Source: an uncultured bacterium
GTDB taxonomy: Bacteria; Acidobacteriota; HRBIN11; JAKEFK01
Assembly: GCA_963777505.1 (NCBI GenBank)
Contig: CAVZQN010000004.1
Coordinates: 1,280,001-1,344,000, forward strand
DNA: 64,000 nucleotides
Reading direction: 5' to 3'
Below, piece after piece: positions 28,651-37,080 of the stretch. A program made the position numbers and the translations under genes. The notes below the pieces were generated by a model. It did no database searches and had not been told where the DNA came from. It saw only the letters and a list, made by a program, of their open reading frames with translations. Every line of letters begins with the position of its first letter. Positions within the stretch are counted from its first letter, which is position 1.

Positions 28651-29750
28651 TGTCAGAGGAAGCTCAACCGCCAAGACGCCAAGACGCCAAGACAGCACTA
28701 ATTCTTTTCAGATTAGTTCCGATTACCATTGCGCTCATTGCCCTTTCATTTACATCAGTTTTTTCTGAGCTGGATGCATGGTGGTATGCCAGAAAATCGT
28801 TCTCCGAAAGGGTCAGTCACTTTCGATCGAATTTTCAGCCAGGCCTTGTGCTGCCTTTGTTTGCACTTGAAGAAGACTATTCGTATAAGCAGGCCATTGA
28901 TGAAATCCACGAAATGGGAGCGCGAAGTGTTTCAATTTTTGTTACGAATTATCAAGAGGACATTAGAAGCAATTACATTTATTTAAACCGTAGAGCCATG
29001 GAAACTTCCCGGCTTACGGAGATGATCCACTACGCTCATCAAAGAGGTTTAAGCGTATTTCTATTTCCAACACTTCACCTTCAACATCTCGGACATAAAG
29101 AATGGCGCGGAGTTTTGAAACCGAAAGACCCTGAGCTTTGGTGGCGAAATTATGCGCACCTGATCCGATATTACACAAACTTCGCCAGAGAAAATCAGGT
29201 CGAAGTTCTTTCAATTGGTTCAGAACTTTGTTCTATGGAACAGGAATATGAACGATGGTCTGAAATTATTCGGTACGCACGGAAAAACTATTCGGGCCTT
29301 CTTACATATTCTGCAAATTGGGACCACTATCACGATATCGATTTTGTCAAAGACCTGGATTATCTCGGTATAAATGCTTATTTCGGTCTGACTAAAAAGT
29401 TGGATCCGTCACTTGATGAACTACTGAAGGCGTGGGTTCCGGCAAAGAAACGGATTGAAGAAGCCTATGATGAATACAAGAAAGCCGTGATCATTACCGA
29501 AATCGGATATCCAAGTGTGGATGGCGCAAATAGTACTCCGTGGAATTATTTTTCGAAAACAAAAATCGACCTTAAGGAACAAGAACTTTGCTATCGTTCC
29601 TTTGTAGAAACCTGGAATCAACCCCCTGCATTTATGCATGCCGTCTACTTCTATAACTGGTGGGGACCAGGCGGCTCACTCGACCGCGATTACACCCCGC
29701 GCGGCAAACCAGCCGCCGATGTCCTTCAACGCTGGTACAAATCCTTCTAA
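28650..29750 (+). CDS. TIM-barrel glycoside hydrolase, GH113-like, with N-terminal anchor
   Basis: EWRG, IGSEL, LTYSANWD, GINAYF, ITEIGYPS, FTP-like YTPRGKPA. Confidence 0.75.
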   Translation: MSEEAQPPRRQDAKTALILFRLVPITIALIALSFTSVFSELDAWWYARKSFSERVSHFRSNFQPGLVLPLFALEEDYSYKQAIDEIHEMGARSVSIFVTNYQEDIRSNYIYLNRRAMETSRLTEMIHYAHQRGLSVFLFPTLHLQHLGHKEWRGVLKPKDPELWWRNYAHLIRYYTNFARENQVEVLSIGSELCSMEQEYERWSEIIRYARKNYSGLLTYSANWDHYHDIDFVKDLDYLGINAYFGLTKKLDPSLDELLKAWVPAKKRIEEAYDEYKKAVIITEIGYPSVDGANSTPWNYFSKTKIDLKEQELCYRSFVETWNQPPAFMHAVYFYNWWGPGGSLDRDYTPRGKPAADVLQRWYKSF

Positions 29751-29848
29751 AACTCTGAGTCTCGGCGTTAAAAAGACCTTGCCCGCCTAAACCTATTTTC
29801 TTACATTTTGACCTTAAGTCTTTATAGAAAGGGTGGAAGTCTTAACAT

Positions 29849-30460
29849 ATGGGTATGAATCGGGTGCCTGAGCCATACGTGCGCCAAAGAACCGATGAAG
29901 ATCTCGTGGATTCGGTGTTGCAAGGCAACATCCGGGACTTTGATGTCCTCATCGAACGCTGGCAAAAGCCTTTATATAACTTCATATTGCGTTTCATGAA
30001 CTCGGAAGAGGAAGCGCGAGATGCGTGTCAGGATAGTTTTGTAAACGCATATCGTAATCTGGCGAAGTTTAAAAAGCAGTCGAAGTTTTCGTCCTGGCTT
30101 TTCAAGATTGCGATCAATCGTAGCAATACACTCCTCCGAAAACAGAAACGCTGGAAGACGTTCTTTGATCCTATGGGAGATCAGCAAAATTTTGCAGATG
30201 TTCAAAGTCAAGAACACAATGCTGAACATACGGTAGAAAAAGAGCAGATTTATAGCAGAATTCGCAAAGCGATTGCAATGCTGCCTCCCGAACAAAGGAC
30301 AGTATTACTTTTGAAGGAATACGAAGGTCTTAAGTTTCATGAGATTAGCGAAATGCTTGATTGTCCGGTTTCAACAGTAAAAAGCCGGATGTACTATGCG
30401 CTTGACGGTTTAAGGAAAGCGTTGAAGCTTGTTGAGGTGAAAAGAACCGATGGACTGTGA
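29849..30460 (+). CDS. ECF RNA polymerase sigma factor
   Basis: Region 2 (DACQDSF...FSSWLFKIAIN) and region 4 (LKFHEISEML..PVSTVKSRM). Confidence 0.93.
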   Translation: MGMNRVPEPYVRQRTDEDLVDSVLQGNIRDFDVLIERWQKPLYNFILRFMNSEEEARDACQDSFVNAYRNLAKFKKQSKFSSWLFKIAINRSNTLLRKQKRWKTFFDPMGDQQNFADVQSQEHNAEHTVEKEQIYSRIRKAIAMLPPEQRTVLLLKEYEGLKFHEISEMLDCPVSTVKSRMYYALDGLRKALKLVEVKRTDGL

Positions 30461-31139
30461 TCGTTTTCGAGAATTAATTGTTTCAAATATTTGCGGTGAA
30501 CTTGAAGGTGAAGAAGAGCTGCAACTCCGGCAGCATCTGGAACATTGCGAAGAATGCCGTAATGAGCATTCAGAATTCGGCGCAATTTCAAGTTTAATGC
30601 GTCAAATTCCACGCCGTGATCTGGATGAAAGACTTCGGATCCGTGAACTTTTACGCCGTGATCAAAAATGGAAAACCATTGTATTTAGCAAAGCTGCAAT
30701 CTGGGTTGTAGTCCTCACTGGATTTTTGAGTGTTCTTACATTTATGCCGGTTCATTGGGAAGTTTCTTCAAAACAATTTACACTTCGCTGGGGAAATGGA
30801 GATCAGCGAGAAGCCGAGTTGTCGGCAGAAATCAAGAAGATACATCAGCAACTTCAATCCATCCAACAGCAAAGTTCGAATTATCAAAATGTTTCTGAAA
30901 CACGATTTAAGCAGTTACTGAAACAGAACAATATGGAGCAGCAAAAGCTTTACTGGCAAACGCTTGAGATGTATACAAACTATTTGCAGCTTCAACATCA
31001 AGCAGATGTTCGAAAAATCCAGCACGACATCGCGACAACATATGATCGCACCGGTCAAGAAGTTGACCGTACAAATCAGCTGCTGGAATACGTTTTGAAG
31101 GCTTCAAATACCAGCGGTGGAGTATATGGCAATGAGTAA
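30450..31139 (+). CDS. Zinc-binding (zf-HC2) membrane anti-sigma factor
   Basis: C...HLEHCEEC motif, one TM helix, coiled-coil periplasmic part; overlaps the sigma gene. Confidence 0.85.
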   Translation: MDCDRFRELIVSNICGELEGEEELQLRQHLEHCEECRNEHSEFGAISSLMRQIPRRDLDERLRIRELLRRDQKWKTIVFSKAAIWVVVLTGFLSVLTFMPVHWEVSSKQFTLRWGNGDQREAELSAEIKKIHQQLQSIQQQSSNYQNVSETRFKQLLKQNNMEQQKLYWQTLEMYTNYLQLQHQADVRKIQHDIATTYDRTGQEVDRTNQLLEYVLKASNTSGGVYGNE

Positions 31140-31974
31140 AATTGCGGCAGTGTTGATGTTGAGTGTGTTTTTAATTCCAGAATTGTTATGCGCTCAGGAA
31201 GAAATTGCGCCTTCTCTTGTGGAACCACAAGCCGTTCCCCAGGAGCGGTCGCTTGTAAAGTTACGCGATTTTCAAACCATCTTAATCACTTCTTTACGAC
31301 AAGAATTCCCGCGCCTGCCTGGCGTTTTTTATTCAGCACATTCATGCCGCTTGCCTGAATATGGACCGGTTGTTTCAATGACGCTTCAATTGCCAGTTAT
31401 TTATTTTACTCGCCCACTCATGCAGGAATTAGGACGCCGGCAGAAATTGGCAGAGGAACAGGCAAAGATTTTTCGATCTCAAATTGAGCGTGCAGCAACT
31501 GTAATCCGTCTGAAATCTAGGGAAGCTGAACTCGTTGAAAGGATCAATCTGGAGTTTGGAGCGAAAAAGAAAAGCAAAATCAGCTTGGATTCATTGCAAA
31601 CTGAACTTAATGAAGTAAGAAAAAACTTGGCGAATTTTGACCCGGGTGAAGCTTCTCCAAGTTCTCCTTCTTCGGAGTTGTTGTCAGAAGTAGACATGGA
31701 AGAAATGCTGGATTCAAGTTATCAGCAGTTAGTTGAAAAAATTACTTCAACAGTCAAAACTGTGCTGGCCGATAAAGCCGCTGTGCTTGCGGATCTTAAA
31801 GGCAACGAACGGATAACAATTACAGCCCATATTCGCGAAAGCTTTGTAAGCTCGCAGGAACGAAGCATTATTTTCACACTTCATCACACCGATATTGAGA
31901 GCTTCAGAACAGGTGTCTACGATCTAAAGGCACTCAAAGAAAAAATCGAAGTTCGTAACGAGCCCCCCGAGTAA
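31132..31974 (+). CDS. Secreted hypothetical protein with a coiled coil
   Basis: Signal peptide MSKIAAVLMLSVFLIPELLCA; overlaps the anti-sigma 3' end. Confidence 0.75.
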   Translation: MSKIAAVLMLSVFLIPELLCAQEEIAPSLVEPQAVPQERSLVKLRDFQTILITSLRQEFPRLPGVFYSAHSCRLPEYGPVVSMTLQLPVIYFTRPLMQELGRRQKLAEEQAKIFRSQIERAATVIRLKSREAELVERINLEFGAKKKSKISLDSLQTELNEVRKNLANFDPGEASPSSPSSELLSEVDMEEMLDSSYQQLVEKITSTVKTVLADKAAVLADLKGNERITITAHIRESFVSSQERSIIFTLHHTDIESFRTGVYDLKALKEKIEVRNEPPE

Positions 31975-32005
31975 GATCTCTGAATCTTAGCGGTAAAATA
32001 TTCTG

Positions 32006-32542
32006 ATGAGAGTGATTGCAGGACGTCTCCGCGGCAGAAGCTTAAAGTCTTCAGATTCATACCGCCCTACCTCAGATCGTGTGCGCGAAACACTCTTCAA
32101 TGTGCTGCAGAATGAAATCGAACAAACAGTTTTTGTAGATGCATTTGCAGGCAGCGGTGCTGTTGGAATTGAAGCGATAAGCCGTGGCGCAGCCAAAGTA
32201 TATTTCGTCGACTCCGGACGCAAGGCTTTGAACTCACTGGAAGAAAATTTGAAAATTGCAGGCGATGAAACACAATGGCGTATTTATTCACTTCCGGCTT
32301 TGAAAGCACTTGAAGTCATTCATGGAACTGGAGAACGTGCCGATATTATTTTTCTTGATCCGCCATATAATTATCAAGATTACCCTGAACTTTTGGCTGC
32401 AGCATCAGAGTTATTTCCCGACGCATTGATGATCCTTGAAACTTCTTCCCGCGTAAACTTCAAAATCCCAGAAGGACTTCATGTCTCAAAGCAAAAGAAG
32501 ATCGGTGAAACGTTGTTAACGTTTTATCAACGCGCTCAGTAG
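32006..32542 (+). CDS. rsmD: 16S rRNA m2G966 methyltransferase
   Basis: MRVIAG, RPTSDRVRETLFN, FAGSGAVGIEA.SRGA, DPPY. Confidence 0.95.
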   Translation: MRVIAGRLRGRSLKSSDSYRPTSDRVRETLFNVLQNEIEQTVFVDAFAGSGAVGIEAISRGAAKVYFVDSGRKALNSLEENLKIAGDETQWRIYSLPALKALEVIHGTGERADIIFLDPPYNYQDYPELLAAASELFPDALMILETSSRVNFKIPEGLHVSKQKKIGETLLTFYQRAQ

Positions 32543-32653
32543 GGAAAGCCTCAAGGACACGCAGACACCAAGTCACAAAGGTTCACTATTCTTTATTTTG
32601 TGATGCTTCGTGTCCGTAATGCGGACGGGACTTCGTGCTGCACCTTGAGGCTC

Positions 32654-32971
32654 TTAAGGAAAGTCTTCTCCGCGATCACTTGTAAATGGCGAACATCTTA
32701 GCAGCCTTAATCCGGTTAAACCTGCACCTTTGGCAATCCCATATTTTTGTAAAGCCAATCGCGAATAGTTGGAGCATGTAGGCGTGAATTTGCAAATCTT
32801 CGAATTCTTTAACAGCAAGCCGAAGGAATGCTGATACACCCAGATTCCCGCGAGCGCAAATCGCACGCTAACCTGTTGATGCGGAGGCATAGCGGCATCA
32901 ATCACAAACAGCGTAAGGATCAGAATAAGGCCGATCTTTAGAACGGATTTAAAGTTTAAGCTGATCGACAT
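32654..32971 (-). CDS. yidD: Membrane protein insertion efficiency factor YidD family
   Basis: CKFTPTCSNY...KYG...RLLRCSPF...G.D. Confidence 0.85.
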   Translation of the reverse strand: MSISLNFKSVLKIGLILILTLFVIDAAMPPHQQVSVRFALAGIWVYQHSFGLLLKNSKICKFTPTCSNYSRLALQKYGIAKGAGLTGLRLLRCSPFTSDRGEDFP

Positions 32972-33353
32972 ACTGGCTGAGGCCTGGAATCATCAAGCGC
33001 TCGCCTTTTGTAGCTTTTACAATCCCCAGTATCCGGATTACAAGAAATCCGATCCAGATGATGGAGGGAAGGAAGCAAGTAACGCAGCCTAAAATGCCTG
33101 AAATGCTGGAAAGGATCCAGGACGCAATATACAGGCCGAACTGCAAAACAGCCTCAGCAATTGTCAAAATCATTCCGTGTTTCGCGTGCCATTGAACTTG
33201 TGGATCATTTTTTTCCGTCAGCAATGGAACAAGAAACAAGATGTAAAGATAGGAAAGCACAAGCATTAAAGTGTTGTCTTTTTTGGGTGGAGGAGTGCCT
33301 GGTAATTCTGTTGGAACTGGTGGTACATCCGTTGGATTATAACCGTTGCTCAT
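32949..33353 (-). CDS. DUF4870-like membrane protein
   Basis: Pro-rich N-terminus, LSY...VQWHAKHG, 3 TM helices, KGE...IP. Confidence 0.75.
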   Translation of the reverse strand: MSNGYNPTDVPPVPTELPGTPPPKKDNTLMLVLSYLYILFLVPLLTEKNDPQVQWHAKHGMILTIAEAVLQFGLYIASWILSSISGILGCVTCFLPSIIWIGFLVIRILGIVKATKGERLMIPGLSQYVDQLKL

Positions 33354-33468
33354 GCTGTGACCTCCGGCTGAGTTTTAACGAACGCTTTTAAACGCCAGTC
33401 TATCATACGATAGGGTCATATCAATTAAAGTGCAACCCGGAATGCCTGAAGTTATAATCACGTCATCT

Positions 33469-33936
33469 ATGGACCTAAGGTCATCTGTAATTCGAGCATC
33501 AAACTATCTGGATGAAAAATATTATCCGGCACAACATCATTTGTTTCATGCAGTTTTGTTCATGGTAATTTTGATTGCTGCATGGTTTAGTTCTGTTCAG
33601 TTCAGCCATATTGTTATCTCCGGCCACACGATCCCATCACTTTGCATGTTCAAAAACATTACAACTCTGGATTGCCCCGGATGCGGCATCACACGATCTT
33701 TTGTCTATGCCGTACATGGAGAGTTCTACAAGTCATACATCATGCATTTTTGGGGAATTCCGCTGGCAGGTTTTTTAGTATTTCAGGTGTTTTACAGAAT
33801 CTGGCGGTCTTTGGGAGGTTTGGCCATTAAAGTAAACCCTGTTGTCGCCCGATGGTTCCGCATTTTCGTGGTTCTTTCCTTCCTGCTGCCTTGGGTCCTT
33901 AAAACTACATTGAGGCTAATCGAACACTCTTATTAG
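33469..33936 (+). CDS. DUF2752 membrane protein (start may be 33430 or 33442)
   Basis: C.FK.IT..DCPGCGITRS motif; TM helices. Confidence 0.8.
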   Translation: MDLRSSVIRASNYLDEKYYPAQHHLFHAVLFMVILIAAWFSSVQFSHIVISGHTIPSLCMFKNITTLDCPGCGITRSFVYAVHGEFYKSYIMHFWGIPLAGFLVFQVFYRIWRSLGGLAIKVNPVVARWFRIFVVLSFLLPWVLKTTLRLIEHSY

Positions 33937-34031
33937 TCGTCGATTTCAATCAGCCATCAACTAATCTGCTCGGCGCTTTCGGCGTTTAAAAGACCTGGCC
34001 TATTTTGGTTTGACATCAAATCGCCTAACTC

Positions 34032-34060
34032 TTGCATTTTCAACCACATTGTGTTAAATT
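34032..34060 (+). promoter_or_regulatory. sigma-70 promoter of the rpsP operon
   Basis: TTGCAT-17 nt-TAAATT with an extended TG. Confidence 0.6.
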
Positions 34061-34148
34061 TGGCATCATTTTCATGTATTGGAAGTAGTGTCTCTTTTAG
34101 ATGGAAGTTCCATGAGGAAGAGGTGCATGCTGAGAAGGAGGAACATGC

Positions 34149-34406
34149 ATGGTTAGTATACGGTTAATGCGGATGGGAGGAAAGAAGCGCCCCCTCTACC
34201 GGGTTGTTGTGACCGATTCCCGGCGATTTCGTGATGGTCAGTGTATTGAACGGTTGGGATCCTACAATCCGAAACCCGAAAATCCAGAGATTAAATTAAG
34301 AATGGATCGCGTTGATTACTGGATGAATCGGGGGGCACAGCCTTCGGACACCGTGAAAAGCTTGATTGCCCGAATCCGCAAGTCCGCCGCTACTGTTTTA
34401 TCCTAA
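34149..34406 (+). CDS. rpsP: 30S ribosomal protein S16
   Basis: [25 protein letters not shown]...LGSYNP...GAQPSDTV; AGGAGG RBS. Confidence 0.97.
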   Translation: MVSIRLMRMGGKKRPLYRVVVTDSRRFRDGQCIERLGSYNPKPENPEIKLRMDRVDYWMNRGAQPSDTVKSLIARIRKSAATVLS

Positions 34407-34458
34407 TAATCCATTCCCGTTCATAAACGCCTGTTCGCAAATTAGGAGGACACACGTC

Positions 34459-34689
34459 ATGAAAGAATTACTCGAATCGATGGCAAAAGCTCTTGTTGAT
34501 CATCCTGATCAAGTGGCAGTGACGCTGGTTGAAGGAGAGCAGACAACAGTACTCGAATTGAGAGTCTCCCACGAGGATCTTGGGAAGGTAATTGGCAAAC
34601 AGGGAAGGACGGCTCGCGCGATACGAACGATTTTAGGTGCGGCTGGAATGAAATTGCGAAAACGATTTGTTCTGGAGATTTTGGAATAG
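34459..34689 (+). CDS. khpA: KH-domain RNA-binding protein
   Basis: [25 protein letters not shown]; AGGAGG RBS. Confidence 0.93.
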   Translation: MKELLESMAKALVDHPDQVAVTLVEGEQTTVLELRVSHEDLGKVIGKQGRTARAIRTILGAAGMKLRKRFVLEILE

Positions 34690-35220
34690 ATGCAGACATC
34701 TTCTACACCTGTGATTGTTGCACGAATTTTGCGCCCGCATGCTCTTCAGGGCGAAGTTGTGCTTCAATCACTAACAGATGTAGAAGGGCGGCTGGAAAAT
34801 ACAGATGTTTTTCTATTGCTGAATAAAAATGAAGAATCTGTCAGAAAACTTGAAGTCGAATCTCGAAGATTTTTTCAAGGGAAGCCTGTCTTCAGATTTT
34901 CAGGATTTCCTGATAGGACTTCGGCGGAAAGCTTGAGAGGAATGATGCTCGCAGTCGATGCAGAAGAAATCGGTGAGCTTCCACCGGATACATTTTTTAT
35001 TCACGATTTAGTAGGAATGCAAGTTCAGCTGCAGGATGGAAGTAAAGTTGGACAAGTTTCTGGAATTCTGAAAACGGGCGGAGTGGATTTATTAGAAGTT
35101 GGTGAAAAGGGACAAATCTTGATCCCTTTTACGGATGAAATTTGTAAGAATGTTGACCCGCAGCAAAAGGTGATTACAATTGATCCGCCTGAAGGGCTGC
35201 TTCAATTGAATGCGAATTGA
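34690..35220 (+). CDS. rimM: Ribosome maturation factor RimM
   Basis: [31 protein letters not shown]...PPEGL; conserved position in the operon. Confidence 0.93.
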   Translation: MQTSSTPVIVARILRPHALQGEVVLQSLTDVEGRLENTDVFLLLNKNEESVRKLEVESRRFFQGKPVFRFSGFPDRTSAESLRGMMLAVDAEEIGELPPDTFFIHDLVGMQVQLQDGSKVGQVSGILKTGGVDLLEVGEKGQILIPFTDEICKNVDPQQKVITIDPPEGLLQLNAN

Positions 35221-35967
35221 TTTTCTTACAATTTTTCCGGGTCTAATTTCTGGTGTTCTTGAGTTTAGTTTGTTGAATCAAGCCCGCAAAAAGGGTTTGT
35301 TAGATTTTCATGTTCATGATTTAAGGGACTACACGCACGATCGCCATCGGAGTGTAGATGATATAGCGTATGGTGGTGGTCCTGGAATGGTATTCAGGCC
35401 TGAACCAGTATTTGAGGCGATCGAAGCAATTCGGCAAACGGGGGCGAGGTTGATATTACCAAGCCCACAGGGTGAAGTTTTTAACTCAACGATTGCAGAA
35501 GAGCTTGCAAAGAATGCACAACTGATTTTCTTGTGCGGAAGGTATGAAGGGATTGATGAGAGAGTAAGAGAAGCACTTGTAGATCGAGAGATCTCAATCG
35601 GAGATTTTGTCACAATGGGTGGCGAACTGCCGTCTCTGCTGATGACAGAGACGATTGTTCGCTATGTTCCAGGAGTGATTGGCGATGAGGAATCAGTAGA
35701 GCTGGATTCATTTCAACAATCTCTACTTGATTATCCTCATTACACACGACCTTCTGAGTTTCGTGATTTGCATGTTCCGGATGTGTTACTGTCCGGAAAT
35801 CATGAACAAATCAGATTGTGGCGGAGAAAAATGATGTTGCGCCGCACTCTTGAAAGACGTCCGGATCTTCTTAAGAAAGCGAACTTAACGAAAGAAGATC
35901 AAAAGTTAATGGACGAAATCGAACGAGATTGTGCCAATAGCGAGAAAGAAGGCTATTTAAAAAATGA
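35210..35967 (+). CDS. trmD: tRNA (m1G37) methyltransferase; in this sequence it continues in frame into rplS up to 36379
   Basis: [42 protein letters not shown]. There is no 0-frame stop; the end coordinate is the TGA at 35965-35967 in the -1 frame. Confidence 0.93.
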
Positions 35968-35977
35968 GGATAATACT

Positions 35978-36379
35978 ATGAATATAGTAGATTCGGTTGC
36001 AAAGAAATACTTGAAGTCGTCGAAACTGCCTGAGTTTAAGCCAGGTGACACGATTCAGGTTCACGTACGAGTAAAAGAAATTGAGAAAGCAACGGCCAAG
36101 AAAAAGGAAGCGGAAAAGGAAAAAGAACGTATCCAGGTTTTTGAAGGCGTTGTGATTGGAATGCGTGGACGTGGAATTGAGAGTTCGTTTGTCGTTAGAA
36201 AAATTTCATTTGGGGTTGGAGTGGAGCGAATTTTTCCATTTCATTCACCCAGTGTTGATAAAATTAAAATTTTGAAAAGAGGGAATGTTCGCAGAGCGAA
36301 GTTATATTATCTTCGCGAGAGAACTGGGAAAGCAGCAAAAATTAAGGAGAAGCAGCACCAGCAGACGACACAGTCTTAA
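35978..36379 (+). CDS. rplS: 50S ribosomal protein L19
   Basis: GAGGA RBS and ATG 35978; [38 protein letters not shown]. Confidence 0.95.
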   Translation: MNIVDSVAKKYLKSSKLPEFKPGDTIQVHVRVKEIEKATAKKKEAEKEKERIQVFEGVVIGMRGRGIESSFVVRKISFGVGVERIFPFHSPSVDKIKILKRGNVRRAKLYYLRERTGKAAKIKEKQHQQTTQS

Positions 36380-36380
36380 T

Positions 36381-37046
36381 ATGTCGAGCGTGAAGAAGTC
36401 AAAGCGCCGCAAGTGTTCATTCCGATACGAAAGAAAATTGCAGAAACAAGGATTTCTTCGGATTGCTGGAGTTGATGAAGTTGGACGCGGTGCCCTATGC
36501 GGGCCTGTTGTCGCCGCTGCAGTTCTTCTGGATCGTAGACCGGCTATCCGTGGAATTCGTGATAGCAAGGCACTGACTGCAAATCAACGAGTTCGATTAA
36601 GACCGCGAATTCTTCGCGTTGCTGTTAGTTACGGAATTGGAATTGTTTCGGCCGAGGAAATTGATCGTTACAATATTTATCAAGCAACCCTTCGCGCAAT
36701 GCATATCGCGCTCTCACAGCTATCCCCAGCTCCGGATTTTATTTTAATTGATGGTAGCCCCGTACGAGGGCTGGCAATTCCTCATTTAAATGTAGTTAAA
36801 GGTGATGCTCGCTGCATCAGTATTGCAGCTGCATCAATTGTCGCTAAAGTCACTCGAGACCAGCTCATGAAAAGCTATGCTAGCATGTATCCGATGTATG
36901 ACTGGGTGCGGAACAAAGGTTATAGCTGTAAGAGTCATTTTGCAGCTTTAAAGAATTATGGTCCTACATCCATCCACAGGCGGTCTTTCCGGCCTGTACT
37001 AGTAGAACCGCAATTGAGCTTGATCGACGACGGAAATTCGACATAA
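36381..37046 (+). CDS. rnhB: Ribonuclease HII
   Basis: GVDEVGRG..GPV, DSK, KGD, IAAASIVAKV.RD, HRRSF. Confidence 0.95.
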   Translation: MSSVKKSKRRKCSFRYERKLQKQGFLRIAGVDEVGRGALCGPVVAAAVLLDRRPAIRGIRDSKALTANQRVRLRPRILRVAVSYGIGIVSAEEIDRYNIYQATLRAMHIALSQLSPAPDFILIDGSPVRGLAIPHLNVVKGDARCISIAAASIVAKVTRDQLMKSYASMYPMYDWVRNKGYSCKSHFAALKNYGPTSIHRRSFRPVLVEPQLSLIDDGNST

Positions 37047-37080
37047 ACAATCGTGGGTTCCTGAAATACAATAGAGAGTT

